Source: Candidatus Nanoarchaeia archaeon (GTDB lineage Archaea > Nanobdellota > Nanobdellia > Woesearchaeales > JACPBV01). From it: a DNA stretch of 64,000 nt. Below the pieces are notes generated by a model. It did not search any database. It was given only the letters and a program-made list of their open reading frames with translations, and was not told where the DNA came from. The stretch's first letter is position 1. Each line of letters begins with the position of its first letter. The stretch is from NCBI GenBank assembly GCA_028279655.1, contig JANQNH010000005.1, forward strand, positions 144,962 to 208,961, written 5' to 3'. A program made the translations under genes and the position numbers. This document shows, piece by piece, positions 37,239-46,554 of the stretch.

Positions 37239-37715
37239 ATGAAGAACAAAAAAGCAGCACTTGAATTATCAGTCACTGCCATAGTCGTATTGATTCTTGC
37301 AATAGTTATGTTGGGCCTGGGCCTTGGATTTGTAAGGGGTATGTTCGGTAAGGTAACCACAACCTTTGAGGAACAGATCGCTACAGAACCAGAACCACCG
37401 AAACCATCTGCCTCAGATCCTATCACATTGTCAAAGGGAAGGGTAATAGTGCATCCAGGAGACACTGCTGTAGTAAAGGTTTCTCTCTACAATCCAACTA
37501 ATGCAGCTTATGCAGCCTTTGTTCCAGCAACTACCTGCACTGGTATAACTATTAACACTATAGCTGCTGCTTCTAGAGCCGTACCTGTTGCTGAATTCAG
37601 GACATGGAGCATGGTCTTTACAGTACCATCCACCCAAGCAGCTGCTACTGCTTTATGCCAGGTTACCCTTGGAACACACGGTTCTATCGATTTTACTACA
37701 GTTGTAAAAGACTAA
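37239..37715 (+). CDS. Archaeal type IV pilin-like protein, paralog
   Basis: The N-terminus is nearly identical to 36767..37228 (IVVLILAIVMLGLGLGFVRGMFGKV). Confidence 0.55.
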   Translation: MKNKKAALELSVTAIVVLILAIVMLGLGLGFVRGMFGKVTTTFEEQIATEPEPPKPSASDPITLSKGRVIVHPGDTAVVKVSLYNPTNAAYAAFVPATTCTGITINTIAAASRAVPVAEFRTWSMVFTVPSTQAAATALCQVTLGTHGSIDFTTVVKD

Positions 37716-37731
37716 AAAAGAGGTAATTCAA

Positions 37732-37944
37732 ATGAAAAAGAGGCTTACTCCTGCTGAAGAGTTTGAGATAATGAAGCTTGTTCTGGACAAGTTCCTATGG
37801 TTAGGAATTCTGATTATGGCTTATGGATTGTACAAGATATTTATCGGAACAAGCCTGAATGGGTTATCCCTGATAATAGTAGGGGCTATAATACTCATAA
37901 TATTCCTCATACTTGTTGTAAAGGAATATGAGATAGCGAAGTAA
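37732..37944 (+). CDS. Small membrane protein (70 aa)
   Basis: Two hydrophobic helices. Sits in the pilin cluster. Confidence 0.35.
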   Translation: MKKRLTPAEEFEIMKLVLDKFLWLGILIMAYGLYKIFIGTSLNGLSLIIVGAIILIIFLILVVKEYEIAK

Positions 37945-37957
37945 TTGTCCTTCTAAA

Positions 37958-38527
37958 ATGGAATCACCTCTTGCCGAGATAAAGCCAAATATAAAAAAAG
38001 CCTTTCTTTCCAATATCCTATTTGTTTCTATGATAGTGGCCTTTTTGATAGGAACACTGATATACCTTAATAACATAGTAGGTCTGGACATATTTGTCAC
38101 TTCATTCAAAGAGATAGGCATAACCCTGTCTCCCACAAAACTTCTTACATGGTCTATCCTGTTAATACTGTTTTTTACAGGATTAACGCTTTTCCTGAAC
38201 TATATAGTGCTTGCTAACCTCACCTATACCCTCTATCCTGACAGGATGGTCTTTGCAAGGACCTTTTTCATAGTCCAGCTCTCTGACGAAGAGATCCCTT
38301 ATTCAAATATCTCAAAGATTTCCTATGAAAGCAAGGCTATCCTGGATACCTCAAAGGTCATTCTGGACCTTACAGGCATGAAAAGGTCACAGATGGTGAT
38401 AGATTTCATTGACCAGGCCCCAGAGTTAGTAAATCAGCTGCAACAGGCAATAAGCAGCTTCAGGGCAAACTACTACGCCAAATACGCACAAGACTACAGA
38501 TACCAGAATATCATGGACCAGATGTAG
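37958..38527 (+). CDS. Membrane protein (189 aa)
   Basis: Two to three TM segments. Sits in the pilin cluster. Confidence 0.4.
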   Translation: MESPLAEIKPNIKKAFLSNILFVSMIVAFLIGTLIYLNNIVGLDIFVTSFKEIGITLSPTKLLTWSILLILFFTGLTLFLNYIVLANLTYTLYPDRMVFARTFFIVQLSDEEIPYSNISKISYESKAILDTSKVILDLTGMKRSQMVIDFIDQAPELVNQLQQAISSFRANYYAKYAQDYRYQNIMDQM

Positions 38528-38588
38528 TGATATAGATCAAATAAAAAGATATAAATAATACCCAAACAATTAATAATTTTGAACAAAG

Positions 38589-39221
38589 ATGAATAAGAAA
38601 GCTGCAATCCAACTGTCCGTTAATTTCCTTGTAATCCTGATAATCTGCATAGTTATATTCGGCTCAAGCATCTTTGTTTTGAGGAAATTCTTCTCTCATG
38701 CAGGGACTATCAAAGGAACCTATGATGAGAGGGTGGAGAAGCAGATTGAGGCATTGCTGGATGACGGAAGCAGAGTGGCAATACCCTTTGACCGGAAAAA
38801 AATCCCTAACGGAGAATTTGAGACATTTGGCATAGGTGTCCTAAATATGCTCGGTACTCATGCGCAGAATTCATTCGAAGTAACTATCAAGTTTAGCAAG
38901 GCGTTTAATAAGGATGATTCGCTGATGTGCGAAAAGCCCCATACATGTCCTCCAAATTTTATAAATCCTGGCCTATGGCTTAAGGCCAGCACTGGATTCT
39001 CTGATAATCAGGGCATTACCCTAAACCCTGTAATACTCAACAATAAACAGAAGAAGTTTCTGATAGGAGCAGAAGTTAGTGATGCCAGGGAAGGAACCTA
39101 CATATTCGACGTCATGGTATGCTATGATGATGGAGATCCTACTACTGATCATCCCCTTTGTACAGGAGGCCTGGAAGATAACTACGATAACCTGCACAAG
39201 ATATACATAGAAGTACCTTAG
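38589..39221 (+). CDS. Pilin-like protein with class III signal-peptide-like N-terminus
   Basis: MNKKAAIQLSVNFLVILIICIVIFG resembles the N-termini of the two upstream pilins. Confidence 0.45.
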   Translation: MNKKAAIQLSVNFLVILIICIVIFGSSIFVLRKFFSHAGTIKGTYDERVEKQIEALLDDGSRVAIPFDRKKIPNGEFETFGIGVLNMLGTHAQNSFEVTIKFSKAFNKDDSLMCEKPHTCPPNFINPGLWLKASTGFSDNQGITLNPVILNNKQKKFLIGAEVSDAREGTYIFDVMVCYDDGDPTTDHPLCTGGLEDNYDNLHKIYIEVP

Positions 39222-39423
39222 GGGATTTCAACTTAGCTGAATCTTTCAAAAAACCTATTTACAGGATTTATTATGAGTTCCTGGCGATTTATATATAAGT
39301 AGTAAACACCAGCCAAGATTACCAAGATTAGAATAATCTTAAATATCCATGCCTTGCTTTTCTTTGGAACATCCAGAGTATTCTCCGCCATCAACAAACC
39401 AGGTTTGCCCGATCCACCTTTCT

Positions 39424-40167
39424 CTAGCATTTGACGATCTCCGAGAAGCTCTTAGCATCCAAAGAAGCCCCCCCCACTAAAACACCGTCTATGTTGTCCT
39501 GAGATATCAGTTCCTTTATATTCCCTGGTTTTACAGAACCCCCATACAATATACTGATACCTTCAGATATCTCATCATCAAAAATAGCCCCCAACACCTT
39601 TCTGATAAGCACATGTACCTCTTCTGCTTGTGAAGGAGTCGCAGTCTTACCGGTCCCTATCGCCCAGACAGGCTCATATGCAATGACTAGGTTCTTTATA
39701 TCCTCAATCCCGCCAAGACCATCACTCAGCTGTGTAGATACAACATCCTCCATCCTGCCGTTCTCCCTCTCCTCCAGGGTCTCTCCTACACATAATATAG
39801 GTTTTAATCCGCTTGATATAGCTGTCTTAACCTTTTTATTGATCAAAGAATCATCCTCTTCAAAGACATGTCTTCTCTCAGAATGTCCCAATATCACATA
39901 CTCAACCCCGATCTCCTTTAGCATACCAGCAGAGATCTCACCAGTAAAAGCACCATTTTCCTCAAAATGCATGTTTTGAGCTCCAAGAGAGATATTGCTT
40001 CCCTTTAGCTCAGCCCCTACAGAACTAAGTGCAGTAGCAGGAGGACACACCAAGATGGCTCTATCCCCTATATCTCTAACCAGTGTTTTAAGTTCTTTCA
40101 CCATTGAGATAGATTCCCCTATGGTCTTGTTCATCTTCCAGTTTCCCGCAATTATTATACTCCTCAT
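39424..40167 (-). CDS. tpiA: Triosephosphate isomerase, bacterial/eukaryotic type
   Basis: AGNWKMN, GHSERR, VIAYEPVWAIGTG and YGGSV motifs. The sequence is unlike the short archaeal-type TIM. Confidence 0.9.
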   Translation of the reverse strand: MRSIIIAGNWKMNKTIGESISMVKELKTLVRDIGDRAILVCPPATALSSVGAELKGSNISLGAQNMHFEENGAFTGEISAGMLKEIGVEYVILGHSERRHVFEEDDSLINKKVKTAISSGLKPILCVGETLEERENGRMEDVVSTQLSDGLGGIEDIKNLVIAYEPVWAIGTGKTATPSQAEEVHVLIRKVLGAIFDDEISEGISILYGGSVKPGNIKELISQDNIDGVLVGGASLDAKSFSEIVKC

Positions 40168-40218
40168 ACTGATTACCTTTAGATTACTTCTATAAATAAT
40201 TTATTATTTTATCCATGA

Positions 40219-40569
40219 TCATAAAACAAGTCCTACAAAGAACAGGCTGATAGACACAATGATAAAAACAAACAGATACTGTAGCACCCAGGCCAAAAAG
40301 GCCCTGAACAGGGATATCTTAAAAGCAATCTGATATACAAACAATGTCCCGATAAGCATAAACAGGCCTGCAAACACACCTATAAACCTTGCAGCTCCTA
40401 CAGAAGCAAAAGAGAGCAGTATCCCTACCATTATTATCTTGACAATGCCTGCTTCTCCCTTGACAAACTTAATTGCCAGGTAAAGAGGAATAGCAGATAC
40501 TATCAATGCCAGGATTATGATAAGCATATGTGCTGCCAGTATTGCTGCTATATCAATCATTTTTAACAA
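40219..40569 (-). CDS. Small membrane protein (116 aa)
   Basis: Four hydrophobic segments. Overlaps the upstream ORF. Confidence 0.4.
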   Translation of the reverse strand: MLKMIDIAAILAAHMLIIILALIVSAIPLYLAIKFVKGEAGIVKIIMVGILLSFASVGAARFIGVFAGLFMLIGTLFVYQIAFKISLFRAFLAWVLQYLFVFIIVSISLFFVGLVL

Positions 40570-41206
40570 ATATCAAAACACCCACTAATATTAAAATGTT
40601 TGCATATAGCAAAGAATCAAGGAATATCCTTTTGGCCATATCATAGAAGAATCCTGAAGGATATAGCTTGATTATATTATCAGATGCGCTGAAAAGCCAA
40701 CCTCCTTGCGGAAATGCAACCTTATGAAAAAAACTGAAGAAACCGCTAAAATCAAAGGCAACCAGTAAAAGCACAACTATTCCAAAAAGGACCCCCAGCA
40801 CACCGCTGAAAAACAAGATTCTTGCCAGATTCTTAACAAATCTATTTTTATCCAGAAAAAACAGGCTAAAAAATAGGAAAACAGAGAAAATAACTGCAAA
40901 ATAGAAATACACATCCAGTTTCTGTATCAAATGCTTTACATCCCTAAAATGGTCCACCTCTTTTTTTTTAAACAAAACATCATCAAAATCATCACGACGA
41001 TCCTGAAGATAATCTAATATCTCAGAGTTAATCCTATCAACATCATGTAGGGGGAACTCACCATAGACGTTGTACTTCTCAAACTTCTTGGAATATAAAT
41101 CCCGATCAAAGGCATTAATCTTAAAGGCAAGGATATAGGTAATATCAGCAATAAAGATTACCAAAAAAACCATGATGCCTATTAACACTATCCTTTTACG
41201 ATCCAT
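40553..41206 (-). CDS. Membrane protein (217 aa)
   Basis: Multi-TM protein overlapping the downstream small membrane ORF by 17 nt. Confidence 0.4.
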   Translation of the reverse strand: MDRKRIVLIGIMVFLVIFIADITYILAFKINAFDRDLYSKKFEKYNVYGEFPLHDVDRINSEILDYLQDRRDDFDDVLFKKKEVDHFRDVKHLIQKLDVYFYFAVIFSVFLFFSLFFLDKNRFVKNLARILFFSGVLGVLFGIVVLLLVAFDFSGFFSFFHKVAFPQGGWLFSASDNIIKLYPSGFFYDMAKRIFLDSLLYANILILVGVLIFVKND

Positions 41207-41267
41207 AGCTTATAAAAAGATCTACATCTTTATATTATTTATCATAGAAGATCAATAGACTAACCAG

Positions 41268-41777
41268 TTAGTTATCTGGTTCTCCTTTATCTTTTATCTT
41301 AACTTCTCTTTTCCTGATCCTTCTCTGTTTGATAACAATCTCCTCAACTTCAACCTGCCTAAGGACAATCTCCTGCCCTGTAACCTCTTTCTGCGCCTTT
41401 AATATCTCATCAACCACCTTTTTGTCAGGATCCTTGATAACAATAGGTTCTATAACCCCTGTTTTTGGTATCCCAGAACCGCTATCTTCTACAAATCCAG
41501 AACTTGGCGTATACATCTCTAGCGGTACTCCATCCAGAGCCCTCTTCATCTCTCTCAGACTGTTGTCATAGCCAATCTCTGTCCTGCTGTACCTTAGCTC
41601 TGAAACAGCCTCAAACTCGCTCTGAGAATAAAAACCATGCGCATATGCAGGTATATCGGCATTAGTCATAGAATCATAGGTAGCTGAAGCGCTTCCATGG
41701 CTCTCTATATTGTATTCACAATTGCAGCCGAGTGCAACATTTCCTAATGCATAAGGATTTTCACATGCCATCTTCAA
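41268..41777 (-). CDS. Hypothetical protein (169 aa)
   Basis: Last ORF of a co-directional five-gene operon-like array. Confidence 0.4.
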   Translation of the reverse strand: MKMACENPYALGNVALGCNCEYNIESHGSASATYDSMTNADIPAYAHGFYSQSEFEAVSELRYSRTEIGYDNSLREMKRALDGVPLEMYTPSSGFVEDSGSGIPKTGVIEPIVIKDPDKKVVDEILKAQKEVTGQEIVLRQVEVEEIVIKQRRIRKREVKIKDKGEPDN

Positions 41778-42166
41778 TCATCAACATATATTAGTTCCTT
41801 CTCCTCCTTCATAGCTTTATTTATAGCATCCTCTATTGACTTATGGTCTTTCTTCTTTTTCTTCTTATCATCAGGGCTGCTTACGCTTCCTCCATGCACC
41901 TCAGAGGCAGCAGTCTTCTTGATATCCTCATCCGTTGCCTCTCCGTTCTTTTCATATTTCTTTTCCTGGTCAACAACATCCTTCTCTATTCCAGTAGCCT
42001 CCTCCTTATCCTTGTCCTCTCCTCCGGCAGTTTCTGAGTTATACACTTCACCTCCAGAGCTGTAATCGGTCTGGCTCTTATAGACACGATCATCCTCTTC
42101 AGAGCCCGCTACATAATCGTCTTGCCTCTCCTGTTCCTCATCCCACAATGAATGTGTTTTGTACAT
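41774..42166 (-). CDS. Acidic low-complexity protein (130 aa)
   Basis: D/E/K-rich. 4-nt overlap with the downstream ORF. Confidence 0.35.
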   Translation of the reverse strand: MYKTHSLWDEEQERQDDYVAGSEEDDRVYKSQTDYSSGGEVYNSETAGGEDKDKEEATGIEKDVVDQEKKYEKNGEATDEDIKKTAASEVHGGSVSSPDDKKKKKKDHKSIEDAINKAMKEEKELIYVDD

Positions 42167-42176
42167 TTAAGTCACC

Positions 42177-43076
42177 TTAATTTGGATTTACCTTAATAGG
42201 TCTGTTGAGCATAACTATCTTATCCAGATGCAAGTAAGCATCTGCCATCTTTTCAAGTTCATAATCCTGAAGGACATTTTCAAAGCCTAATTGCTTAATC
42301 TCATTATAAAGGGTAAACATCCTTCGTAATCTAGATCTATATTCTCGTGCAAATCTAAGTTCATCTAAACTTTGTACCTCATTATGAACACGCATAATAG
42401 CGTCACAATCCTCAGAAAAATCACTATAAAGCGCATCCAGGATCTGGTATGATAGCCTAACCTCAATATTCTTTGCCATTTTAACTAAACTCCTGTATTT
42501 TTTCAGATCATACCCCCCAGCACCACTAAGTATTGAATACGTTTTTCGAATTGCCTTAGCTTCTGTTCTATATATATCAGCAACCTCCAAATCTATTGGT
42601 TTAGAATCTCCATCAAGAATTAATGCTGCAATCTCAAATCCCATCACCTCCATATCATTAGCAGCATTCTCCAGGGATATCATCGAAGTAAGACCTTTAT
42701 AGATAAAAGGTTGATAATTATCATTTCTTTTTGTATCTGCCTCAGGGATTATTTGATCTGCATCTTCAATTCGCCACTGGTTCCTTAGCAAGTATTCTGC
42801 AAGACCTATCTCTGTTTTCCGTATTTTTCCGATCGCTTCCCTATATTTCCATTCTAAGATAGCTCCAGCACTATTGAGTATCTTATAAAGTTTTATAATC
42901 TCTGAAGCAGCCTTTTGGTAGATCTCTGCTGTTTTAACGCTTGTTCTTGTAGGTGTATTTCTCAATATAACACTAGCAACAAATGAATCCAGTTCCCCAT
43001 AATCTTTAATCCTTGAATCTAGGTTACCTATAACTTCATTTCCGCTGATTACAACTGAACTACCCAAATCAATCAC
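42177..43076 (-). CDS. Hypothetical helical protein (299 aa, GTG start)
   Basis: Its GTG start overlaps the stop of the small AbrB-like ORF (GTGATTGA). Confidence 0.45.
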   Translation of the reverse strand: MIDLGSSVVISGNEVIGNLDSRIKDYGELDSFVASVILRNTPTRTSVKTAEIYQKAASEIIKLYKILNSAGAILEWKYREAIGKIRKTEIGLAEYLLRNQWRIEDADQIIPEADTKRNDNYQPFIYKGLTSMISLENAANDMEVMGFEIAALILDGDSKPIDLEVADIYRTEAKAIRKTYSILSGAGGYDLKKYRSLVKMAKNIEVRLSYQILDALYSDFSEDCDAIMRVHNEVQSLDELRFAREYRSRLRRMFTLYNEIKQLGFENVLQDYELEKMADAYLHLDKIVMLNRPIKVNPN

Positions 43077-43212
43077 TCTCCTCCAATACGTCTATAGTAA
43101 CCTGTGCAATAGTTCCAGGTTTTAAATCTTTTTCTATTATTCTGGGTATGACTATGATAGACTGTGAGCCATGTTTTGCTATTCTTTTTGTTATTGTGTA
43201 TTGTTTGATCAT
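43069..43212 (-). CDS. Small AbrB/SpoVT-like swapped-hairpin DNA-binding protein (47 aa, not in ORF track)
   Basis: MIKQYTITKRIAKHGSQSIIVIPRIIEKDLKPGTIAQVTIDVLEESD fits the AbrB/MazE pattern (K.G...I.IPK.I...L..G). Lies between two coupled genes. Confidence 0.5.
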   Translation of the reverse strand: MIKQYTITKRIAKHGSQSIIVIPRIIEKDLKPGTIAQVTIDVLEESD

Positions 43213-43213
43213 G

Positions 43214-44293
43214 CTAAATCCCCTTTCCTGTATTAATTATAAGAGGTCTTGCTCCAGGATCAATTTTTCCTTCGTCATACCTCTGCAAATATAATGCAAG
43301 ACCTGCACAAGCTGAGGGCTCTACATTAAGGTATCTGCTTAGTATATTATAAGCCTGCTTAATTCTGTCTTCTGAAACATGATAAATACCAGTGTCATTT
43401 CCAGTAAACGCCAGTCTTTCCAAAGCTGATATGTCCTGATTACCATACAATACAAATGGATTATGATCTTTCATAAGCTTGTCAGCCAAACTTATCCGCT
43501 GTTCTGGCTCTACACCCAAGATGCTAATATCAACCAACTCTTCTACTGGTATCATCAGCCTAGGATCCTTTTTTCTGGAATTTCTTGCCTGCCATGTGAG
43601 ATAATTTTCCATCAATCTTCCAGAACCGTAAGGCATATATATCTCAGTTGGTCTCTCGTTAAATGCTTCATGAACATGCCAATCATAGAAAACAGCATGG
43701 GGTTCTATTATCATGGCCGAGGTTATATCTATTCCTCCACGATTATTTGTCATCTCATTAATATCCTTAGCTGATAATTCACTTCCGCTTAGATCAGTCA
43801 AATAGATATCAGTATGCAATCTCTTAAGTTGCTCCAATCTTTCAGGAGGTATAGATTTATCTAGTAAAATTTTCATAGGAGGTAATCCATGTCTTTCTAA
43901 TCTATGAGCAAAAGCCCTGCCCATATTGCCAGCACTAACATACGTTACTCTTGGAACAGTTAAATTTCCAACATTTCCATTAAGAATACCTTCTCTCTTT
44001 TTTGAAAATAACAATTTTGCATAATCTCTAAATAATGCCGCGCATTCCCATGCAGGTCTATCCTTGATTGTTCCTGTAGGGTTGCTTCTTATGTCAGATT
44101 CATCCTTTACAGATACTACACCATAACCCAAAGCACTCAGATCAATCTGAAAAGTAGGTGTTGCCATCCATTCGGGATTCATAGGATCATTCTCACTAAA
44201 TTCTGGTATTCCATCTACCCATTTTTCAGCAAGATCCCAACTCATGCAATCTGGATACTCGATTTCCTTTATTGCTGTGCTTTCTCTAACCAT
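43214..44293 (-). CDS. PLP-dependent enzyme of the tryptophan-synthase-beta/threonine-synthase fold (fold type II)
   Basis: NPTGTIKDR matches the PLP-lysine motif of the PALP family (xPTGSFKDR). 359 aa. Confidence 0.55.
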   Translation of the reverse strand: MVRESTAIKEIEYPDCMSWDLAEKWVDGIPEFSENDPMNPEWMATPTFQIDLSALGYGVVSVKDESDIRSNPTGTIKDRPAWECAALFRDYAKLLFSKKREGILNGNVGNLTVPRVTYVSAGNMGRAFAHRLERHGLPPMKILLDKSIPPERLEQLKRLHTDIYLTDLSGSELSAKDINEMTNNRGGIDITSAMIIEPHAVFYDWHVHEAFNERPTEIYMPYGSGRLMENYLTWQARNSRKKDPRLMIPVEELVDISILGVEPEQRISLADKLMKDHNPFVLYGNQDISALERLAFTGNDTGIYHVSEDRIKQAYNILSRYLNVEPSACAGLALYLQRYDEGKIDPGARPLIINTGKGI

Positions 44294-44442
44294 CTTAATT
44301 ATCTATGAAATATACATATTCTATACATAAAAACCAAGAACTAGTATATAAATCTTTCTATATGTAACTACTATAAAGTAATTATTAAAAAAACAAACCT
44401 TTATATATCAATTATAAATACGTTTATAACATATTATAAAAG

Positions 44443-44688
44443 GTGATAATTATGGAAAACACTATGATACAGATTAAGAAGGAGACTGCAAGCAAATTAA
44501 AAGACCTAAAGAAATATGAAAGAGAGACTTATGACGAAATAATAAACACCCTGATAACAGAGCTTAAGGAGCATATACAGGAGCAGAATCTTGAACTAAA
44601 TGAAGAGACGAGGATGAAACTGGATGATAAAACACCAATTTCTAAATATATAGATCAAGAAACAGTCAGAAAAGAACTCTTAACATGA
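44443..44688 (+). CDS. Putative antitoxin (81 aa)
   Basis: Overlaps the RelE/ParE-like ORF by 4 nt (ATGA). Paralog of the partial ORF at 1..207. Confidence 0.5.
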   Translation: MIIMENTMIQIKKETASKLKDLKKYERETYDEIINTLITELKEHIQEQNLELNEETRMKLDDKTPISKYIDQETVRKELLT

Positions 44689-44939
44689 GTTACAGCATCA
44701 AGTGGCACCCTCAAGCATATAGGGTGCTAAAGAAATTACCTAAACATCTGATAAAGAGGGTGCTTGATAAATTAGATTTTATAAGCAAAGATCCTTTTAG
44801 ATTTCTTGAACATTTTGAAGGAGAGAATTACTATAAATTAAGGATTGGAAATTATAGGGTACTAATAGAGATAGAACTTAAGGAATTGATTTTATTAGTT
44901 AAGGTATTTGACCATAGGAGCAAGATATATAATAGATGA
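44685..44939 (+). CDS. RelE/ParE-family toxin
   Basis: YKLRIGNYRVLIEI matches the core beta-strand motif of RelE/ParE (YRLRVGDYRIIY). Confidence 0.6.
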   Translation: MSYSIKWHPQAYRVLKKLPKHLIKRVLDKLDFISKDPFRFLEHFEGENYYKLRIGNYRVLIEIELKELILLVKVFDHRSKIYNR

Positions 44940-46325
44940 TTATTCTTCCAAAAGCTTCTCCTGCTTCACCCAGAACTCGATAGCAGAAGCAGCCATTTTT
45001 CCAGCACCCATAGCATGTATCACAGTAGCTCCTACCCCTTCACTTCCACCGATGATGTCCCCACCTGCAAAAACCCCTGGTATAGAAGTCATAAGGTTCT
45101 CATCAACCATAAGATATCCTCTTTCGTTGTGAGCTATGTTAACAGTCTTGGTCAAAAGAGGATTAGGTCCCTGACCTATGGCTATGATTACCTGGTCACA
45201 GTCTATCATGAATTGAGAATCTTCAATAGGAACAGGCTTTCTTCTCCCAGATGCATCCTCTTCACCCAACATCATCTGCATGCATTCAATTCCCTCTACT
45301 ACAGAACTACCTATAATCCTGTTCGGATTAGTAAGAAGCATGAAGTGTATACCCTCTTCCTGAGCATGCTTAATCTCTTCCTTTCTTGCAGGCATCTCAT
45401 CAAGGGATCTCCTGTATACCACTGTAACGTCCGCTCCAAGCCTTTTTGCACTCCTTGCTGCATCCATAGCAACATTCCCTCCACCAATGACCACCACCTT
45501 CTTACCTCTCTTAATAGGAGTGGAATAGTCTGGGAATTTATAGGCTTTCATCAGGTTTACCCTGGTCAAAAACTCATTAGCAGAGTACACCCCATTGAGG
45601 TTCTCTCCGGAAATACCTAAAAAACTAGGCAGTCCTGCACCTACACCAATAAAGACAGCATCATACTTCCTTCTAAGCTCATCCAGAGTGAAAGTGCGGC
45701 CAATTACCGAATTCATTCTTATCTCAACACCAAGCTCCTTGATATATTCGACCTCTGATTTGACAATATCCTTTGGCAGCCTGAATTCCGGAATACCATA
45801 CATGAGTACTCCCCCAGAATCATGAAGTGCCTCGTATATCACCACCTTATGGCCTTTCAATGCAAGATCAGAAGAGCATGTTAGTCCTGCAGGCCCGCTC
45901 CCGATCACAGCTATCTTTTTCTTATCAGGATTAGGTGCAACAGCTTTAACATCCCTCTCCTCCATATCAGCAGCAAACCTTTCCAGCTTGCCTATATTCA
46001 CAGGTTCGTTCTTTATCCCCAATATACATTCCTTTTCACACTGGTTCTCCTGAGGACATACCCTCCCGCATACCCCTGGTAGGTTATTGGTCCTCTTGAT
46101 AGTTTTGATAGCCATATAGTATTTCCCGTCTTTTATATATCTGATAAACTTAGGGATATCTACAGAAACAGGGCATCCGGAAACACATTTAGGATTCTTA
46201 CATTGCAGACATCTTGAAGCCTCTTTTTGCGCTCCTTCCTCATTATACCCTAGGTTAACTTCATCGAAGTTCTTCACTCTTTTTTCAGGCTCCTGTTCGG
46301 TTGTAGGAACTTGTTTACTTTTCAT
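44940..46325 (-). CDS. GltD-like NADPH-dependent FAD/[4Fe-4S] oxidoreductase (NfnB/SudA-like)
   Basis: N-terminal Cys clusters CLQCKNPKCVSGCP and CGRVCPQENQCEKEC, and FAD GSGPAG. The first 28 codons of the track ORF read through a structured intergenic element, so the likely ATG is at 46325. Confidence 0.75.
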   Translation of the reverse strand: MKSKQVPTTEQEPEKRVKNFDEVNLGYNEEGAQKEASRCLQCKNPKCVSGCPVSVDIPKFIRYIKDGKYYMAIKTIKRTNNLPGVCGRVCPQENQCEKECILGIKNEPVNIGKLERFAADMEERDVKAVAPNPDKKKIAVIGSGPAGLTCSSDLALKGHKVVIYEALHDSGGVLMYGIPEFRLPKDIVKSEVEYIKELGVEIRMNSVIGRTFTLDELRRKYDAVFIGVGAGLPSFLGISGENLNGVYSANEFLTRVNLMKAYKFPDYSTPIKRGKKVVVIGGGNVAMDAARSAKRLGADVTVVYRRSLDEMPARKEEIKHAQEEGIHFMLLTNPNRIIGSSVVEGIECMQMMLGEEDASGRRKPVPIEDSQFMIDCDQVIIAIGQGPNPLLTKTVNIAHNERGYLMVDENLMTSIPGVFAGGDIIGGSEGVGATVIHAMGAGKMAASAIEFWVKQEKLLEE

Positions 46326-46377
46326 CCTCCTAAAAATGGAAAGTATAAGCATATATAAAAGTTGAGGTTTTAAAAAG

Positions 46378-46508
46378 TATGTAGTTAGCATCCTAAGGTC
46401 AAAACTCAAACAAATAGGACATCAAGCTCGTTGCAGGGGGTTGGCCCCGTAGGGGATGCAGAGCCTACAAACCAAAGGTAAAGAGTTTTGAAGATGCTAA
46501 CTACATAC
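46378..46508. other. 131-bp structured inverted-repeat element with GC-rich core (candidate ncRNA or regulatory element)
   Basis: Arms: GTATGTAGTTAGCATC at 46378..46393, with its perfect reverse complement GATGCTAACTACATAC at 46493..46508. The core is CTCGTTGCAGGGGGTTGGCCCCGTAGGGGATGCAGAGCC in an otherwise AT-rich spacer. Confidence 0.5.
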
Positions 46509-46554
46509 ATAAAAAACAAAACTTTATAAATAAAAGATTCCAAAAACAAATTAT

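Noticed and set aside
46326-46409. N-terminal 28 codons of track ORF 44940..46409 (MSFDLRMLTTYFLKPQLLYMLILSIFRR)
   Set aside because: This is a read-through across the structured inverted-repeat element. The conserved protein begins at the internal ATG (46325) with MKSKQVPTTEQ.
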